A stretch of DNA of 64,000 bases from positions 4,244 through 68,243 of the forward strand of contig JAJFHT010000071.1 in NCBI GenBank assembly GCA_021775495.1, read 5' to 3'. The DNA comes from Hyphomicrobiales bacterium. GTDB taxonomy: Bacteria > Pseudomonadota > Alphaproteobacteria > Rhizobiales > Rhizobiaceae. The position numbers and the translations under genes were made by a program. Positions 53,755-63,509 of the stretch are shown piece by piece; position 1 is the first letter of the stretch, and the number at the start of each line of letters is the position of its first letter. Below the pieces are notes generated by a model. That model was not told where the DNA came from and ran no database searches. It was given only the letters and a program-made list of their open reading frames with translations.

Positions 53755-54110
53755 TCCAGCGCTCCCTTTTTCCATTCATAAATGAAGCCGATAGTCAGCA
53801 CAGCGAGAAATGCCATCATCGACCAGAAACCAAGCCAGCCGATCTCGGCAAACGACACCGCCCATGGAAACAGAAACGCAACTTCAAGATCAAAAATGAT
53901 GAAGAGAATGGCGACGAGATAGAAGCGGATGTCGAACTTCATCCTGGCATCGTCGAACGAATTGAACCCGCATTCGTAAGCCGACAGTTTTTCCGGATCG
54001 GGATTCTGGTAGGCAACGAGAAAAGGAGCCACTAGAAGTGCCAAACCGATTACCATCGCCACGCCGATGAAAATGACAATGGGCAGATATGAGCTCAACA
54101 ATTCACTCAC
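53745..54110 (-). CDS. nuoA: NADH-quinone oxidoreductase subunit A
   Basis: [23 protein letters not shown] and [10 protein letters not shown]. Confidence 0.96.
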   Translation of the reverse strand: MSELLSSYLPIVIFIGVAMVIGLALLVAPFLVAYQNPDPEKLSAYECGFNSFDDARMKFDIRFYLVAILFIIFDLEVAFLFPWAVSFAEIGWLGFWSMMAFLAVLTIGFIYEWKKGALEWD

Positions 54111-54393
54111 TATTCTACCCTCCTGAATCTGTGTTTCCGCAACATCGATGCCGGCACTTTATCCGCTTTCCCGGAAGAAGAATACTGCGCCAAAGTGTTG
54201 CGGCACGTCGCATGCCGCACTGCAGCGAGGGTTAGCGCAGCGGGCCACGAGGCGCAAGCCCGGGCAAGGCTGAACTTTGTTCATTTTGACGAGAATATGG
54301 CGCGATCGGAACGGTTTGCACAAGGTTCCCTACGGCAACGGACACCGCATGCCGGAAACCGAACGAAAGCTTCTTCAGGATGTTTTGTAAGAG

Positions 54394-54470
54394 TGGCGCG
54401 AGAGACGGGGCTCGAACCCGCGACCTCCGGCGTGACAGGCCGGCACTCTAACCAACTGAGCTACTCCCGC
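54394..54470 (-). tRNA. tRNA-Asp (GTC)
   Basis: Reverse complement GCGGGAGTAGCTCAGTTGGTTAGAGTGCCGGCCT-GTC-ACGCCGGAGGTCGCGGGTTCGAGCCCCGTCTCTCGCGCCA, 77 nt with encoded CCA. Confidence 0.97.
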
Positions 54471-54687
54471 GCGCCAATGTTGCAGCGCGAACAACAACAT
54501 TATGAGCGGTCAAGTAAGCGCTTCGCATCGGGCTGTCAAGCGGTTCCGCATCGCTTTTGTCCGTTCTTCGGTCCGTCCGGAAAAGGAAGCCCACCGACAC
54601 AAAAAACGCCAAATGCGATTGTCCTGCAATGTTGTTCGATTTTGCTTGCACCGCTGTGATGAAAGCCGTAAACCGGCGCCGTTGGTC

Positions 54688-54763
54688 GGGCGGTTAGCTC
54701 AGCTGGTAGAGCGCCTCGTTTACACCGAGGATGTCGGGAGTTCGAGTCTCTCACCGCCCACCA
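54688..54763 (+). tRNA. tRNA-Val (TAC)
   Basis: GGGCGGTTAGCTCAGCTGGTAGAGCGCCTCGTT-TAC-ACCGAGGATGTCGGGAGTTCGAGTCTCTCACCGCCCACCA, 76 nt. Confidence 0.97.
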
Positions 54764-54928
54764 TTTTTCGTCTCACGACAATTCGCTACGCCCATGCCTC
54801 CGACGGGGCGCGCTTTCGCGCGACGCCCGGTCGGGCGTGCGAACACGAAACGGGTTCGAAGGCGTTCGCCATTTTTCATCTCACGGCAATTCGCGGCGCT
54901 CAGACCTCCGATGGCGCGCGCAATCGCG
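54761..54928 (+). repeat. Imperfect direct repeat, two copies of about 60 bp with period 108, starting at the tRNA-Val CCA end
   Basis: 54761-54820 versus 54869-54928 match at 49/60 positions by manual alignment; both begin CCATTTTTC(G/A)TCTCACG(A/G)CAATTCGC. Confidence 0.8.
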
Positions 54929-54954
54929 TCCGGTGCGCGGGTTTCCTTTCAGCG

Positions 54955-54983
54955 AAAAAAAGGCCGGACAGTGTCCGGCCTTT
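54955..54983. terminator. Rho-independent terminator of hupB, probably bidirectional
   Basis: A7-GGCCGGAC-agt-GTCCGGCC-TTT. Confidence 0.85.
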
Positions 54984-55005
54984 ACAGTCAATGATCGGTC
55001 GCCGA

Positions 55006-55278
55006 TCAGTTGACGGCGTCCTTCAAGCCCTTACCGGCTGAAAACTTCGGAACGTTACGTGCCGGGATATCAACCGGAGCACCGGTCGATGGGTTGCGGC
55101 CGGTTGTTGCGGCGCGATGCGAAACGGAGAAGTTGCCAAAACCGATCAGCCGGACATCTCCGCCTTTCTTGAGCTCCCCCGTAATGACATCAAACACAGA
55201 ATCCACCGCGGACTGTGCATCGGTCTTCGAAAGTCCCGCCTTATCGGCAACGTCTGCCACAAGCTCATTTTTATTCAT
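55006..55278 (-). CDS. hupB: DNA-binding protein HU
   Basis: MNKNELVA, VRLIGFGNF, GRNPSTG and PKFSAGKGLKDAVN. Confidence 0.95.
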   Translation of the reverse strand: MNKNELVADVADKAGLSKTDAQSAVDSVFDVITGELKKGGDVRLIGFGNFSVSHRAATTGRNPSTGAPVDIPARNVPKFSAGKGLKDAVN

Positions 55279-55419
55279 GGAATAGAATCCTTTCCTCTCA
55301 TATTGCCGGGAAGAGCGACTCACCCAGCGAAGCAGGAGTTTAATGAGATTGGGCCGCGCGACCAAGCATGTTCAGGGCAAAAAAGCCCGGATTTTAAGGG
55401 ATTCAGGGAGATTTCCGGC

Positions 55420-55451
55420 AAAAAAGAAGCCGGACACACGCCCGGCTTCTT
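55420..55451 (-). terminator. Rho-independent terminator after lon
   Basis: AAAAAAGAAGCCGG-N8-CCGGCTTCTT, giving a U-tract on the minus strand. Confidence 0.8.
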
Positions 55452-55478
55452 AATTTCTCGAGAATCCTGCATTTGCAA

Positions 55479-57911
55479 CTAGTGCGCGATGGCCGCTGAT
55501 TCTGCACCTTCACCAGCAGCGGCCGCTGCAGCCGGCTGATCAACAGGCTCCACCCATTCGATAGGCTCAGGGGTCCGCACAAGCGCATGCTCCAACACTT
55601 CACCGGCACGGCTGACAGGAATGATTTCAAGCTCGTTTTTCACATTGTCCGGAATATCGGCCAAATCCTTGGCATTGTCCTCCGGTATCAGAACCTTCTT
55701 CATCCCGCCACGCAGGGCAGCAAGCAATTTTTCCTTCAACCCGCCGATTGGCAAAATCCGTCCGCGCAGTGTGATTTCACCGGTCATGGCAATATCCTTG
55801 CGCACAGGAATTCCGGTCAATACCGAAACGATCGCTGCAACCATGGCGATCCCCGCGGACGGACCATCTTTTGGTGTTGCGCCTTCGGGAACATGGACGT
55901 GTATGTCCTGTTTATCGAAGGCCGGAGGTTCAATGCCAAAATCGACTGACCGGCTGCGAACGTAGGACGCCGCGGCTGAAATCGATTCCTTCATTACATC
56001 CCGCAGATTGCCGGTGACCGTCATCTTGCCCTTGCCGGGCATTTTGACGCCTTCCACGGTCAACAATTCTCCGCCGACCTCGGTCCAGGCCAAGCCGGTC
56101 ACGACACCGACCTGATCTTCGCCCTCGACCTGTCCAAAGCGAAACCGCGGCACACCAAGGAATTCATCGATATTCTTGTCAGTAACGTCGATCGATTTCT
56201 TGTCGGACTTGAGGATCTCGGTCACCGCTTTGCGCGCGAGCGTCATGATCTCGCGCTCGAAATTGCGCACACCGGCTTCTCTTGTATATGTGCGCACGAT
56301 TTCATGCAGTGCATCGTCGGAGACGGAGAATTCATCCGGCAGCAATGCGTGGTCACTGATGGCCTTGGGCAGAAGATGCCTTTTGGCGATTTCGACCTTT
56401 TCATCCTCGGTGTAACCGGCAATACGAATGATCTCCATCCGATCCATCAGAGCCGGCGGAATGTTCAACGTATTGGCAGTGGTAATGAACATGACCTTCG
56501 ACAGATCGTATTCAACCTCGAGATAGTGATCCGTGAATGTCGAATTCTGTTCCGGATCCAGCACTTCAAGCAGCGCCGAAGACGGGTCACCGCGAAAGTC
56601 CATACCCATCTTGTCGATCTCGTCGAGAAGGAACAATGGATTGGCCTTTTTGGCCTTTTTCATCGACTGGATGACTTTACCCGGCATCGAACCGATATAG
56701 GTGCGGCGATGGCCGCGGATTTCCGCTTCGTCGCGCACGCCGCCAAGCGCCATGCGGACAAATTCGCGACCGGTGGCCCTGGCGATCGACTTGCCAAGCG
56801 AAGTTTTGCCGACGCCGGGAGGACCGACGAGGCAGAGTATAGGTCCCTTCAGCTTGTTGGCACGGCTCTGAACAGCAAGGTATTCGACAATGCGGTCCTT
56901 GACCTTGTCGAGGCCGTAATGGTCGGTATCGAGCACCTCCTGGGCGAATCCCAGATCATGTTTGACCTTGGAGCGTTTTCCCCACGGAATCGACAGCAAC
57001 CAGTCAAGATAGTTGCGCACGACTGTGGCCTCGGCGGACATCGGTGACATCTGCTTCAGCTTTTTGAACTCGGCGTCGGCCTTTTCGCGTGCCTCTTTGG
57101 AGAACTTGGTCTTGCGAATGCGCTCTTCCAGCTCGGCCATCTCATCTCGGCCTTCATCGCCCTCACCCAGTTCCTTCTGGATCGCTTTCATCTGCTCGTT
57201 GAGATAGTACTCGCGCTGCGTCTTCTCCATCTGACGCTTGACGCGCGAGCGGATACGCTTTTCGACCTGAAGCACGGAAATCTCCGCCTCCATATAGCCC
57301 ATGGCTTTTTCAAGACGGCCGCGAATCGAGAGCGTCGCGAGCATTTCCTGTTTTTCAGGAATCTTGATCGCAAGATGGGAAGCGATCGTATCGGCCAGTT
57401 TGGAATAGTCGTCGATCTGGCTGGCCGCACCGACGACCTCGGGAGATATCTTTTTGTTCAGCTTGACGTAATTCTCGAAATCGGAAACCACCGAGCGAGA
57501 CAGCGCTTCGATCTCGATTTCGTCTTCGTCCGGCTCGACAAGAACTTCGGCCGAAGCCTCATGGAATTCGGTCCGGTCGGTGAATTCGGTAATACGCGCA
57601 CGCACCTTGCCCTCGACCAGAACTTTCACGGTTCCATCCGGCAGTTTCAGCAGCTGCAGAATGCTCGCAATTGTGCCGACGTCAAAAATCTCGGCAGCGG
57701 CCGGGTCATCATCGGCAGCATTTTTCTGCGTGGCGAGAAGGATCTGCTTTTCCGAACCCATCACGTCTTCCAACGCGCGGATAGACTTGTCCCGACCGAC
57801 AAAAAGCGGGACGATCATGTGCGGAAACACCACAATGTCGCGCAATGGCAGCACGGGATAAACCCCATCGCTATTCGCGGTTCCTTCAATCGTGGTTGTG
57901 ACTTCGGTCAT
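55479..57911 (-). CDS. lon: ATP-dependent protease La
   Basis: PVLPLRDIVVFP, GPPGVGKTS, LLDEIDK, PKDGPSAG and GGLKEK; start at MTEVTT. Confidence 0.98.
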   Translation of the reverse strand: MTEVTTTIEGTANSDGVYPVLPLRDIVVFPHMIVPLFVGRDKSIRALEDVMGSEKQILLATQKNAADDDPAAAEIFDVGTIASILQLLKLPDGTVKVLVEGKVRARITEFTDRTEFHEASAEVLVEPDEDEIEIEALSRSVVSDFENYVKLNKKISPEVVGAASQIDDYSKLADTIASHLAIKIPEKQEMLATLSIRGRLEKAMGYMEAEISVLQVEKRIRSRVKRQMEKTQREYYLNEQMKAIQKELGEGDEGRDEMAELEERIRKTKFSKEAREKADAEFKKLKQMSPMSAEATVVRNYLDWLLSIPWGKRSKVKHDLGFAQEVLDTDHYGLDKVKDRIVEYLAVQSRANKLKGPILCLVGPPGVGKTSLGKSIARATGREFVRMALGGVRDEAEIRGHRRTYIGSMPGKVIQSMKKAKKANPLFLLDEIDKMGMDFRGDPSSALLEVLDPEQNSTFTDHYLEVEYDLSKVMFITTANTLNIPPALMDRMEIIRIAGYTEDEKVEIAKRHLLPKAISDHALLPDEFSVSDDALHEIVRTYTREAGVRNFEREIMTLARKAVTEILKSDKKSIDVTDKNIDEFLGVPRFRFGQVEGEDQVGVVTGLAWTEVGGELLTVEGVKMPGKGKMTVTGNLRDVMKESISAAASYVRSRSVDFGIEPPAFDKQDIHVHVPEGATPKDGPSAGIAMVAAIVSVLTGIPVRKDIAMTGEITLRGRILPIGGLKEKLLAALRGGMKKVLIPEDNAKDLADIPDNVKNELEIIPVSRAGEVLEHALVRTPEPIEWVEPVDQPAAAAAAGEGAESAAIAH

Positions 57912-58022
57912 GGTCTTCCTTTCAGATGGCCCTTGCGGGCCTGTATGCAACGCGATGTCGCCCCGGTTGGCAGGCAGCGACTGTAAGCGCCCATTGAGCC
58001 TTGTTCAGGCTTGGTCTGCCTT

Positions 58023-58052
58023 TAAGTGGCGACCTTTCCCAGAGGTTTCAAG
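58023..58052 (-). promoter_or_regulatory. Putative RpoH (sigma32) promoter of lon
   Basis: Minus strand CTTGAA-N17-CCACTTA. Confidence 0.6.
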
Positions 58053-58229
58053 GCGCTGCACCGCAACGAATCAGGCGCATAATCAGCCTCAATCACCGCC
58101 AACTCAATTCACAATCAAATTCTGAGTAGCCAAAGACGGCAGGGACTAGCCGTATTCCACGGAAATCCCTGATCGAAACCGGGCCAATGCCCAATTACCG
58201 GCTGTTTTGCCGCGCTCCTATGACATGAA

Positions 58230-59510
58230 TCAGGCAGAAACATTGCCCTTCTCGGCATCCCGCTCGGCATAGATATAGAGTGGCCGGGCATTGCCCTCCA
58301 CGACTTCGTCGGAAATGACGACCTCCTGAACACCGTCAAGCGCCGGCAGTTCAAACATCGTATCGAGCAGGATCGCTTCCATGATGGAGCGCAAGCCACG
58401 CGCGCCGGTCTTACGGGCAATGGCCTTGCGCGCAATCGAGCGAAGCGCATCCTCGTGGAATGTCAGTTCGACATTTTCCATTTCAAACAGCCGTTGATAC
58501 TGCTTGACCAGCGCATTCTTGGGCTCGCTGAGGATCATCACCAGCGCGTCCTCATCGAGGTCCTCAAGAGTTGCCAGTACGGGAAGACGTCCGACAAATT
58601 CCGGTATCAGGCCGAACTTCAGAAGGTCCTCTGGCTCCACATTGCGGAACAGCTCACCGGTTGGCCGGTCCTCGGGCGAATCGACGGAAGCAGAAAATCC
58701 GATCGATGTCTTGCGACCGCGATCGGAGATGATCTTGTCAAGGCCGGCAAAGGCACCGCCGGAAATGAACAGGATGTTGGCCGTGTCGACCTGCAGGAAT
58801 TCCTGCTGCGGATGTTTGCGGCCACCTTGCGGCGGAACCGAGGCAACAGTGCCTTCCATGATCTTCAACAGCGCCTGCTGAACACCCTCGCCGGATACGT
58901 CCCGGGTTATCGAAGGGTTGTCCGATTTGCGCGAAATCTTGTCGATTTCATCAATGTAAACGATACCGCGCTGGGCGCGTTCCACGTTATAATCTGCCGA
59001 TTGCAGCAGTTTCAGGATGATGTTTTCAACATCTTCACCGACATAACCGGCTTCGGTCAAGGTCGTGGCGTCAGCCATGGTAAAGGGAACATCGATAATG
59101 CGGGCAAGTGTCTGGGCCAGCAATGTCTTGCCGCAACCGGTCGGGCCAATCAGCAGGATGTTGGACTTTGCCAGCTCGACATCGTTGTTCTTGGTCGCGT
59201 GTGCCAGCCGCTTATAGTGGTTGTGCACGGCTACCGACAGAACCCGCTTCGCATGCGGCTGCCCGATCACGTAGTCATCAAGAACCTCCAGGATTTCCTG
59301 CGGTGTGGGCACACCATCCTGTGACTTGACCATCGAGGTTTTGTTTTCCTCGCGGATGATGTCCATGCACAATTCGACACATTCGTCGCAAATGAACACC
59401 GTCGGGCCGGCAATGAGCTTGCGCACTTCATGCTGGCTTTTGCCGCAGAACGAACAATAGAGAGTGTTCTTCGACTCACCGCCGCCGCCGCTGTTGCTAA
59501 TTTTGCTCAT
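58230..59510 (-). CDS. clpX: ATP-dependent Clp protease ATP-binding subunit
   Basis: Zn finger CSFC...[22 protein letters not shown] and IGF loop. Confidence 0.98.
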   Translation of the reverse strand: MSKISNSGGGGESKNTLYCSFCGKSQHEVRKLIAGPTVFICDECVELCMDIIREENKTSMVKSQDGVPTPQEILEVLDDYVIGQPHAKRVLSVAVHNHYKRLAHATKNNDVELAKSNILLIGPTGCGKTLLAQTLARIIDVPFTMADATTLTEAGYVGEDVENIILKLLQSADYNVERAQRGIVYIDEIDKISRKSDNPSITRDVSGEGVQQALLKIMEGTVASVPPQGGRKHPQQEFLQVDTANILFISGGAFAGLDKIISDRGRKTSIGFSASVDSPEDRPTGELFRNVEPEDLLKFGLIPEFVGRLPVLATLEDLDEDALVMILSEPKNALVKQYQRLFEMENVELTFHEDALRSIARKAIARKTGARGLRSIMEAILLDTMFELPALDGVQEVVISDEVVEGNARPLYIYAERDAEKGNVSA

Positions 59511-59808
59511 ACCAAGGTCCTTTCAAGCCTCGACGGTTTGAAATCCGCCGATACCCGGTCTCGAACAATCAGATCATCCGAACCGGGTGAATCGTTACAA
59601 ATCTAGAACAGCGTTCCTTCACGAACGATACACAATTGCGAAAACACGGCAATCACCTCGCCCCATCCTGTAAAAGTTACAGGCATGAAACTCAATATAG
59701 ACTTAACGCGGGAACCGGTCGCAGCCGACGATTTGCCCGAATGTGACACAAATGCCTCATATTTGGCGAAATTATGCCCGTCGTACCCGGACGTGCAGGC
59801 AGTCAGAC

Positions 59809-60447
59809 TCAGTTGCCGTCCTTTGCCGGTTCTTCCATTGCTTCCCGTGTCGTGATGACTTTGTCGATCAAACCAAATTCCATGGCCTCATCGGCATTCA
59901 GGAAATGATCGCGATCCAAGGTGTTCTCGATTGTGTCGTAGTCGTTGCCGGTGTGCGTGACATATATCTCGTTCAGACGGCGTTTCATCTTGATAATATC
60001 CTGGGCATGACGCTCAATGTCAGACGCCTGTCCCTGGAAGCCGCCCGATGGCTGATGCACCATGATCCGCGCATTCGGTGTCGCGAACCGCATATCCTTG
60101 GCACCGGCGCACAGCAGCAGCGATCCCATGGATGCTGCCTGTCCTATACACAGCGTCGAAACGGCAGGCTTGATAAACTGCATCGTGTCGTAGATGGCCA
60201 TTCCGGACGTCACCACTCCACCAGGCGAGTTGATGTAGAGAGCGATTTCCTTTTTTGGATTGTCAGCTTCCAGATACAGCAGCTGCGCACAGACCAATGT
60301 CGCCATGCTGTCTTCGACCGGACCGGTAATGAAAATCACCCGTTCCTTCAGAAGCCGGGAAAATATGTCATAGGCCCGCTCGCCGCGATTGGTCTGTTCG
60401 ACCACCATCGGCACAAGGTTCATTGCGGTCTCTAACGGATCGTTCAT
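59809..60447 (-). CDS. clpP: ATP-dependent Clp protease proteolytic subunit
   Basis: [19 protein letters not shown] and HQPSGG; start at MNDPLE. Confidence 0.97.
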   Translation of the reverse strand: MNDPLETAMNLVPMVVEQTNRGERAYDIFSRLLKERVIFITGPVEDSMATLVCAQLLYLEADNPKKEIALYINSPGGVVTSGMAIYDTMQFIKPAVSTLCIGQAASMGSLLLCAGAKDMRFATPNARIMVHQPSGGFQGQASDIERHAQDIIKMKRRLNEIYVTHTGNDYDTIENTLDRDHFLNADEAMEFGLIDKVITTREAMEEPAKDGN

Positions 60448-60515
60448 GGACGTTTCCTCTTCGGGATCTGACGTCTGCACGATGCCGGCAGAATCAGTTT
60501 CGTTGAATTCGCCTT

Positions 60516-60545
60516 AGATAAGGGCTCCACACCGGCCTGTGCAAG
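60516..60545 (-). promoter_or_regulatory. Putative RpoH (sigma32) promoter of clpP
   Basis: Minus strand CTTGCA-N17-CTTATCT. Confidence 0.65.
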
Positions 60546-60627
60546 AGTATGCGGAGCGCAAAAACCGACCTTTTGCGAAGGTGGTTAGCGCGTACCCGCC
60601 CGATACGCCAACATTAGAATCGCCGGC

Positions 60628-61734
60628 TCAGTCAATCGGTTCAGCACGCAATTGCTTCTGCAGGCGGTCAAAATCATTCGAGTCAATGTAGTCGGAGATC
60701 CAGCGACCGACTGCCGGCCCGAACTTGTAGCCATGACCGGAACAGGCCGAAACGATCAGACACTTGCCGGAAACACCCGAGAAAAACCGTTCGTCCCGCG
60801 TGAATGTGTAGGCGCAGGTTACGACATCGGTCACTTCATATTCTCCGACACGCGCGATTGGCGGGGAAAACAAATCGCGGATCATTTCGCCCTCTCCCGC
60901 TTCCGCGATCCTTCCCGCGTCCGGATCAGCAGTGGGAATCTTGTGCAAACCGCTGCCGAATTTCAGCCCCGCACCGCCGCTCGGCGGGATGATATATCCG
61001 TCAGTCTCGCCTCCGACATCGAGAACGACAGGTGCGGTATTCCAACTCTCTTGCAATTCCGCGGGAGGCCTCAGGTATACAACGGCGGTGCGGTAGGCAG
61101 TAAGATGTCGCCGCAATTCCGGAAACAAGTTCAACACCCAGGCCCCAGCCGTTACAATGATTCTATCGGCTTGAAGGTTTTCACCGTTCGACAGCGTAAC
61201 GCGCGCATCTGAGGTGTCGACCTGCGCGACCCTGCTTCCTTCTCTAACCTCAGCACCCTTATTGCGCAGCCAGTCTGCAAGATCGGCCGCAATGCGGCGG
61301 CAATGGAGTGCACCGCCTTCGCCTGACAAACAGGCGTATCGGAAACTGCCGGCCTGCAGGAACGGATAGCGTTCCACTGCATCTTCAGCCTGCAGTAATT
61401 CGTAGGCGTAGCCGCCGGCATCAAGACCCTGACGATAGAGTTCGGCTTCATCACCCGGCGCGCGGGAAACCAGCAAGAAACCGCGATGATCGTAGTGGGA
61501 GACGCCGAGATCGGACCACAGGTCCTCCCAGGCATGATATGCCTCCGTAATGAGGTCGCTGTAACCGCTGCCGGCGGGATAAGCCCGCCGAATGATTCGA
61601 TGGTGGTCACCGGACGCCGATAGTGGATTGGGAACCGGCCCCTGTTCCAGCAGTGTCACCTCATGTCCACGGCAAACCAGCGACCAAGCGGTCGAAAGGC
61701 CGGATATTCCACCACCAATGACGATAATTCGCAT
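60628..61734 (-). CDS. FAD-dependent amine oxidase, monomeric sarcosine oxidase / SolA-like
   Basis: GGGISG, SASGDHHRIIRRAY, TAGAW, CAYTFT and CSGHGYKFG. Confidence 0.82.
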   Translation of the reverse strand: MRIIVIGGGISGLSTAWSLVCRGHEVTLLEQGPVPNPLSASGDHHRIIRRAYPAGSGYSDLITEAYHAWEDLWSDLGVSHYDHRGFLLVSRAPGDEAELYRQGLDAGGYAYELLQAEDAVERYPFLQAGSFRYACLSGEGGALHCRRIAADLADWLRNKGAEVREGSRVAQVDTSDARVTLSNGENLQADRIIVTAGAWVLNLFPELRRHLTAYRTAVVYLRPPAELQESWNTAPVVLDVGGETDGYIIPPSGGAGLKFGSGLHKIPTADPDAGRIAEAGEGEMIRDLFSPPIARVGEYEVTDVVTCAYTFTRDERFFSGVSGKCLIVSACSGHGYKFGPAVGRWISDYIDSNDFDRLQKQLRAEPID

Positions 61735-61754
61735 AGAGTTTCCGCCGATAAATG

Positions 61755-61895
61755 CATGTCGGTATGTATGAGGTCGTTCCCGACATACAGAATTGGAACG
61801 CGGTGCGATTTAGCAGCCGCGCAGGCAAAATCACCCACATTCAAAAGGGCATTGCGACCAGTGCCTTTTCCATATTCTTCGTCGGCTGCTGACAA
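61755..61895 (-). pseudogene. vapC: Remnant of a VapC (PIN-domain) toxin gene, C-terminal third only
   Basis: YGKGTGRNALLNVGDFACAAAKSHRVPILYVGNDLIHTD resembles the VapC C-terminal consensus YGKG..HPA.LN.GDCFAYA.AK....PLL.KG.DF..TD; no N-terminal domain and no antitoxin. Confidence 0.7.
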
Positions 61896-61901
61896 TTCGA
61901 C

Positions 61902-61932
61902 AAGAAAAAGGATGGCACAACGCCACCCTTTT
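61902..61932 (-). terminator. Rho-independent terminator after the metY-like gene
   Basis: Minus strand AAAAGGGTGGC-gttgt-GCCATCCTTTTTCTT. Confidence 0.78.
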
Positions 61933-61975
61933 GTCTCTTTTTCAAAGCCTTGCGGATGTTTTCATCCAAATTGAA

Positions 61976-63262
61976 TCAGGCAACTTTTGCCAGAGCCTGA
62001 TCCAGATCGGCAATGATGTCCGCGACATTTTCGATGCCGATCGACAACCGGACTACATCGGGACCAGCTCCGGCAGCCACCTTCTGCTCGTCGGAAAGCT
62101 GCCTATGGGTGGTCGATGCCGGGTGGATAACGAGGGATTTGGCGTCGCCGATATTGGCAAGGTGCGAAAACAGTTCCAGCGCTTCGACAAATTTGATGCC
62201 GGCTTCATAACCACCCTTCAGGCCGAACGTGAATACCGCCCCGCTGCCGCTGGGCGAATATTTGGTCATCAGCGCATTGTTCGAATGATCTTTCAGTCCG
62301 GCATATTCCACCCAGGACACCGTGGAATGCCGCGACAGGTGCTCGGCAACCGCCTGGGCATTGTCGCAGTGCCGCTGCATGCGAAGCGGAAGGGTTTCGA
62401 TACCCGTCGCCAGCAGGAAAGAGTTGAACGGCGAGATTGCCGGTCCAAAGTCCCGTAGGCCGAGAACACGGCAGGCAATGGCAAACGCAAAATTGCCAAA
62501 AGTCTCGTGCAAGACGATGCCGCCATATTCCGGGCGCGGTTCCGACAGCATCGGATAATTGCCGGACGCCGTCCAGTCGAAGGTTCCGCCATCAACGATA
62601 ATTCCGCCCATGGAATTGCCGTGTCCACCCATGAATTTCGTCAGTGAATGCACAACGATATCCGCACCGTGTTCGATCGGGCGAAGCAGATATGGACTCG
62701 CCATTGTATTATCGACAATCAACGGCAACCCATGCTTTCGCGCGATATCGCCGATTTTCTCGATGTCCATCACCATTCCGCTCGGATTGGCAAAACTTTC
62801 GATAAAGATGCCGCGGGTGCGATCGTCGATCTGGCTTTCGAAACTCGACAGGTCCGCCGGATCGGCCCAACGCACTTCCCAGCCAAACGATTTGAAGGAC
62901 TGGCCGAACTGGTTGATCGAGCCGCCGTAGAGTTTGTTGGCGGCTATGAAATTGTCGCCGGGCTGCATGATTGCGTGAAAGACCAGCAATTGTGCGGCGT
63001 GTCCGGACGCGGTGGCAAGCGCCGCGGTCCCGCCTTCCAGTGCAGCCACACGCTCTTCCAGAACCGCCTGGGTCGGATTCATGATGCGGGTGTAAATGTT
63101 GCCGAACGCCTGCAAGCCAAACAGCGAGGCGGCATGGTCCGCATCATCAAAAACATAGGCGGTGGTCTGATAAATCGGCGTGGCACGCGCGCCCGTGGCC
63201 GGATCCGGCTGTGCACCGGCATGAATGGCAAGTGTCTCAATTCCTGGGCTGCGCTGCGACAT
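61976..63262 (-). CDS. metY: O-acetylhomoserine aminocarboxypropyltransferase (sulfhydrylase)
   Basis: TPIYQTT, GNIYTRIMNPT, VDNT, PLP lysine motif HSLTKF and HLANIGDAKSLVIHPASTTH. Confidence 0.9.
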   Translation of the reverse strand: MSQRSPGIETLAIHAGAQPDPATGARATPIYQTTAYVFDDADHAASLFGLQAFGNIYTRIMNPTQAVLEERVAALEGGTAALATASGHAAQLLVFHAIMQPGDNFIAANKLYGGSINQFGQSFKSFGWEVRWADPADLSSFESQIDDRTRGIFIESFANPSGMVMDIEKIGDIARKHGLPLIVDNTMASPYLLRPIEHGADIVVHSLTKFMGGHGNSMGGIIVDGGTFDWTASGNYPMLSEPRPEYGGIVLHETFGNFAFAIACRVLGLRDFGPAISPFNSFLLATGIETLPLRMQRHCDNAQAVAEHLSRHSTVSWVEYAGLKDHSNNALMTKYSPSGSGAVFTFGLKGGYEAGIKFVEALELFSHLANIGDAKSLVIHPASTTHRQLSDEQKVAAGAGPDVVRLSIGIENVADIIADLDQALAKVA

Positions 63263-63509
63263 GGATTACTCCCCTCCATCAACAAAAAAAATACGCCTGC
63301 GACGGCCGGCATGCATGCCGATCCTCCGCGCGAAGAGCCGTTATTTCAAAGGCCCGCCGGAAAAGCAAAGAAGAAAAATCCGCCAAGGCGCCGAAAAAGG
63401 ATCAAAGGCTCCAAATTACCGGGTGATTTGCGAGAAAACGACCGACGGCTGTTCTTCCTGGTTGCACCCTGGCCGCCGACTGTCGACCGGGTTGCCGGCT
63501 TATGTCTTC

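Noticed and set aside
54761..54928. Repeat after tRNA-Val as a CRISPR array or an intact integrated element
   Set aside because: There are only two degenerate copies, and no cas genes, integrase or cargo.
63421..63445. GGTGATTTG motif resembling the start of a SAM-II riboswitch near metY
   Set aside because: It is on the wrong strand relative to metY and lacks the downstream GCTAAA pseudoknot partner.
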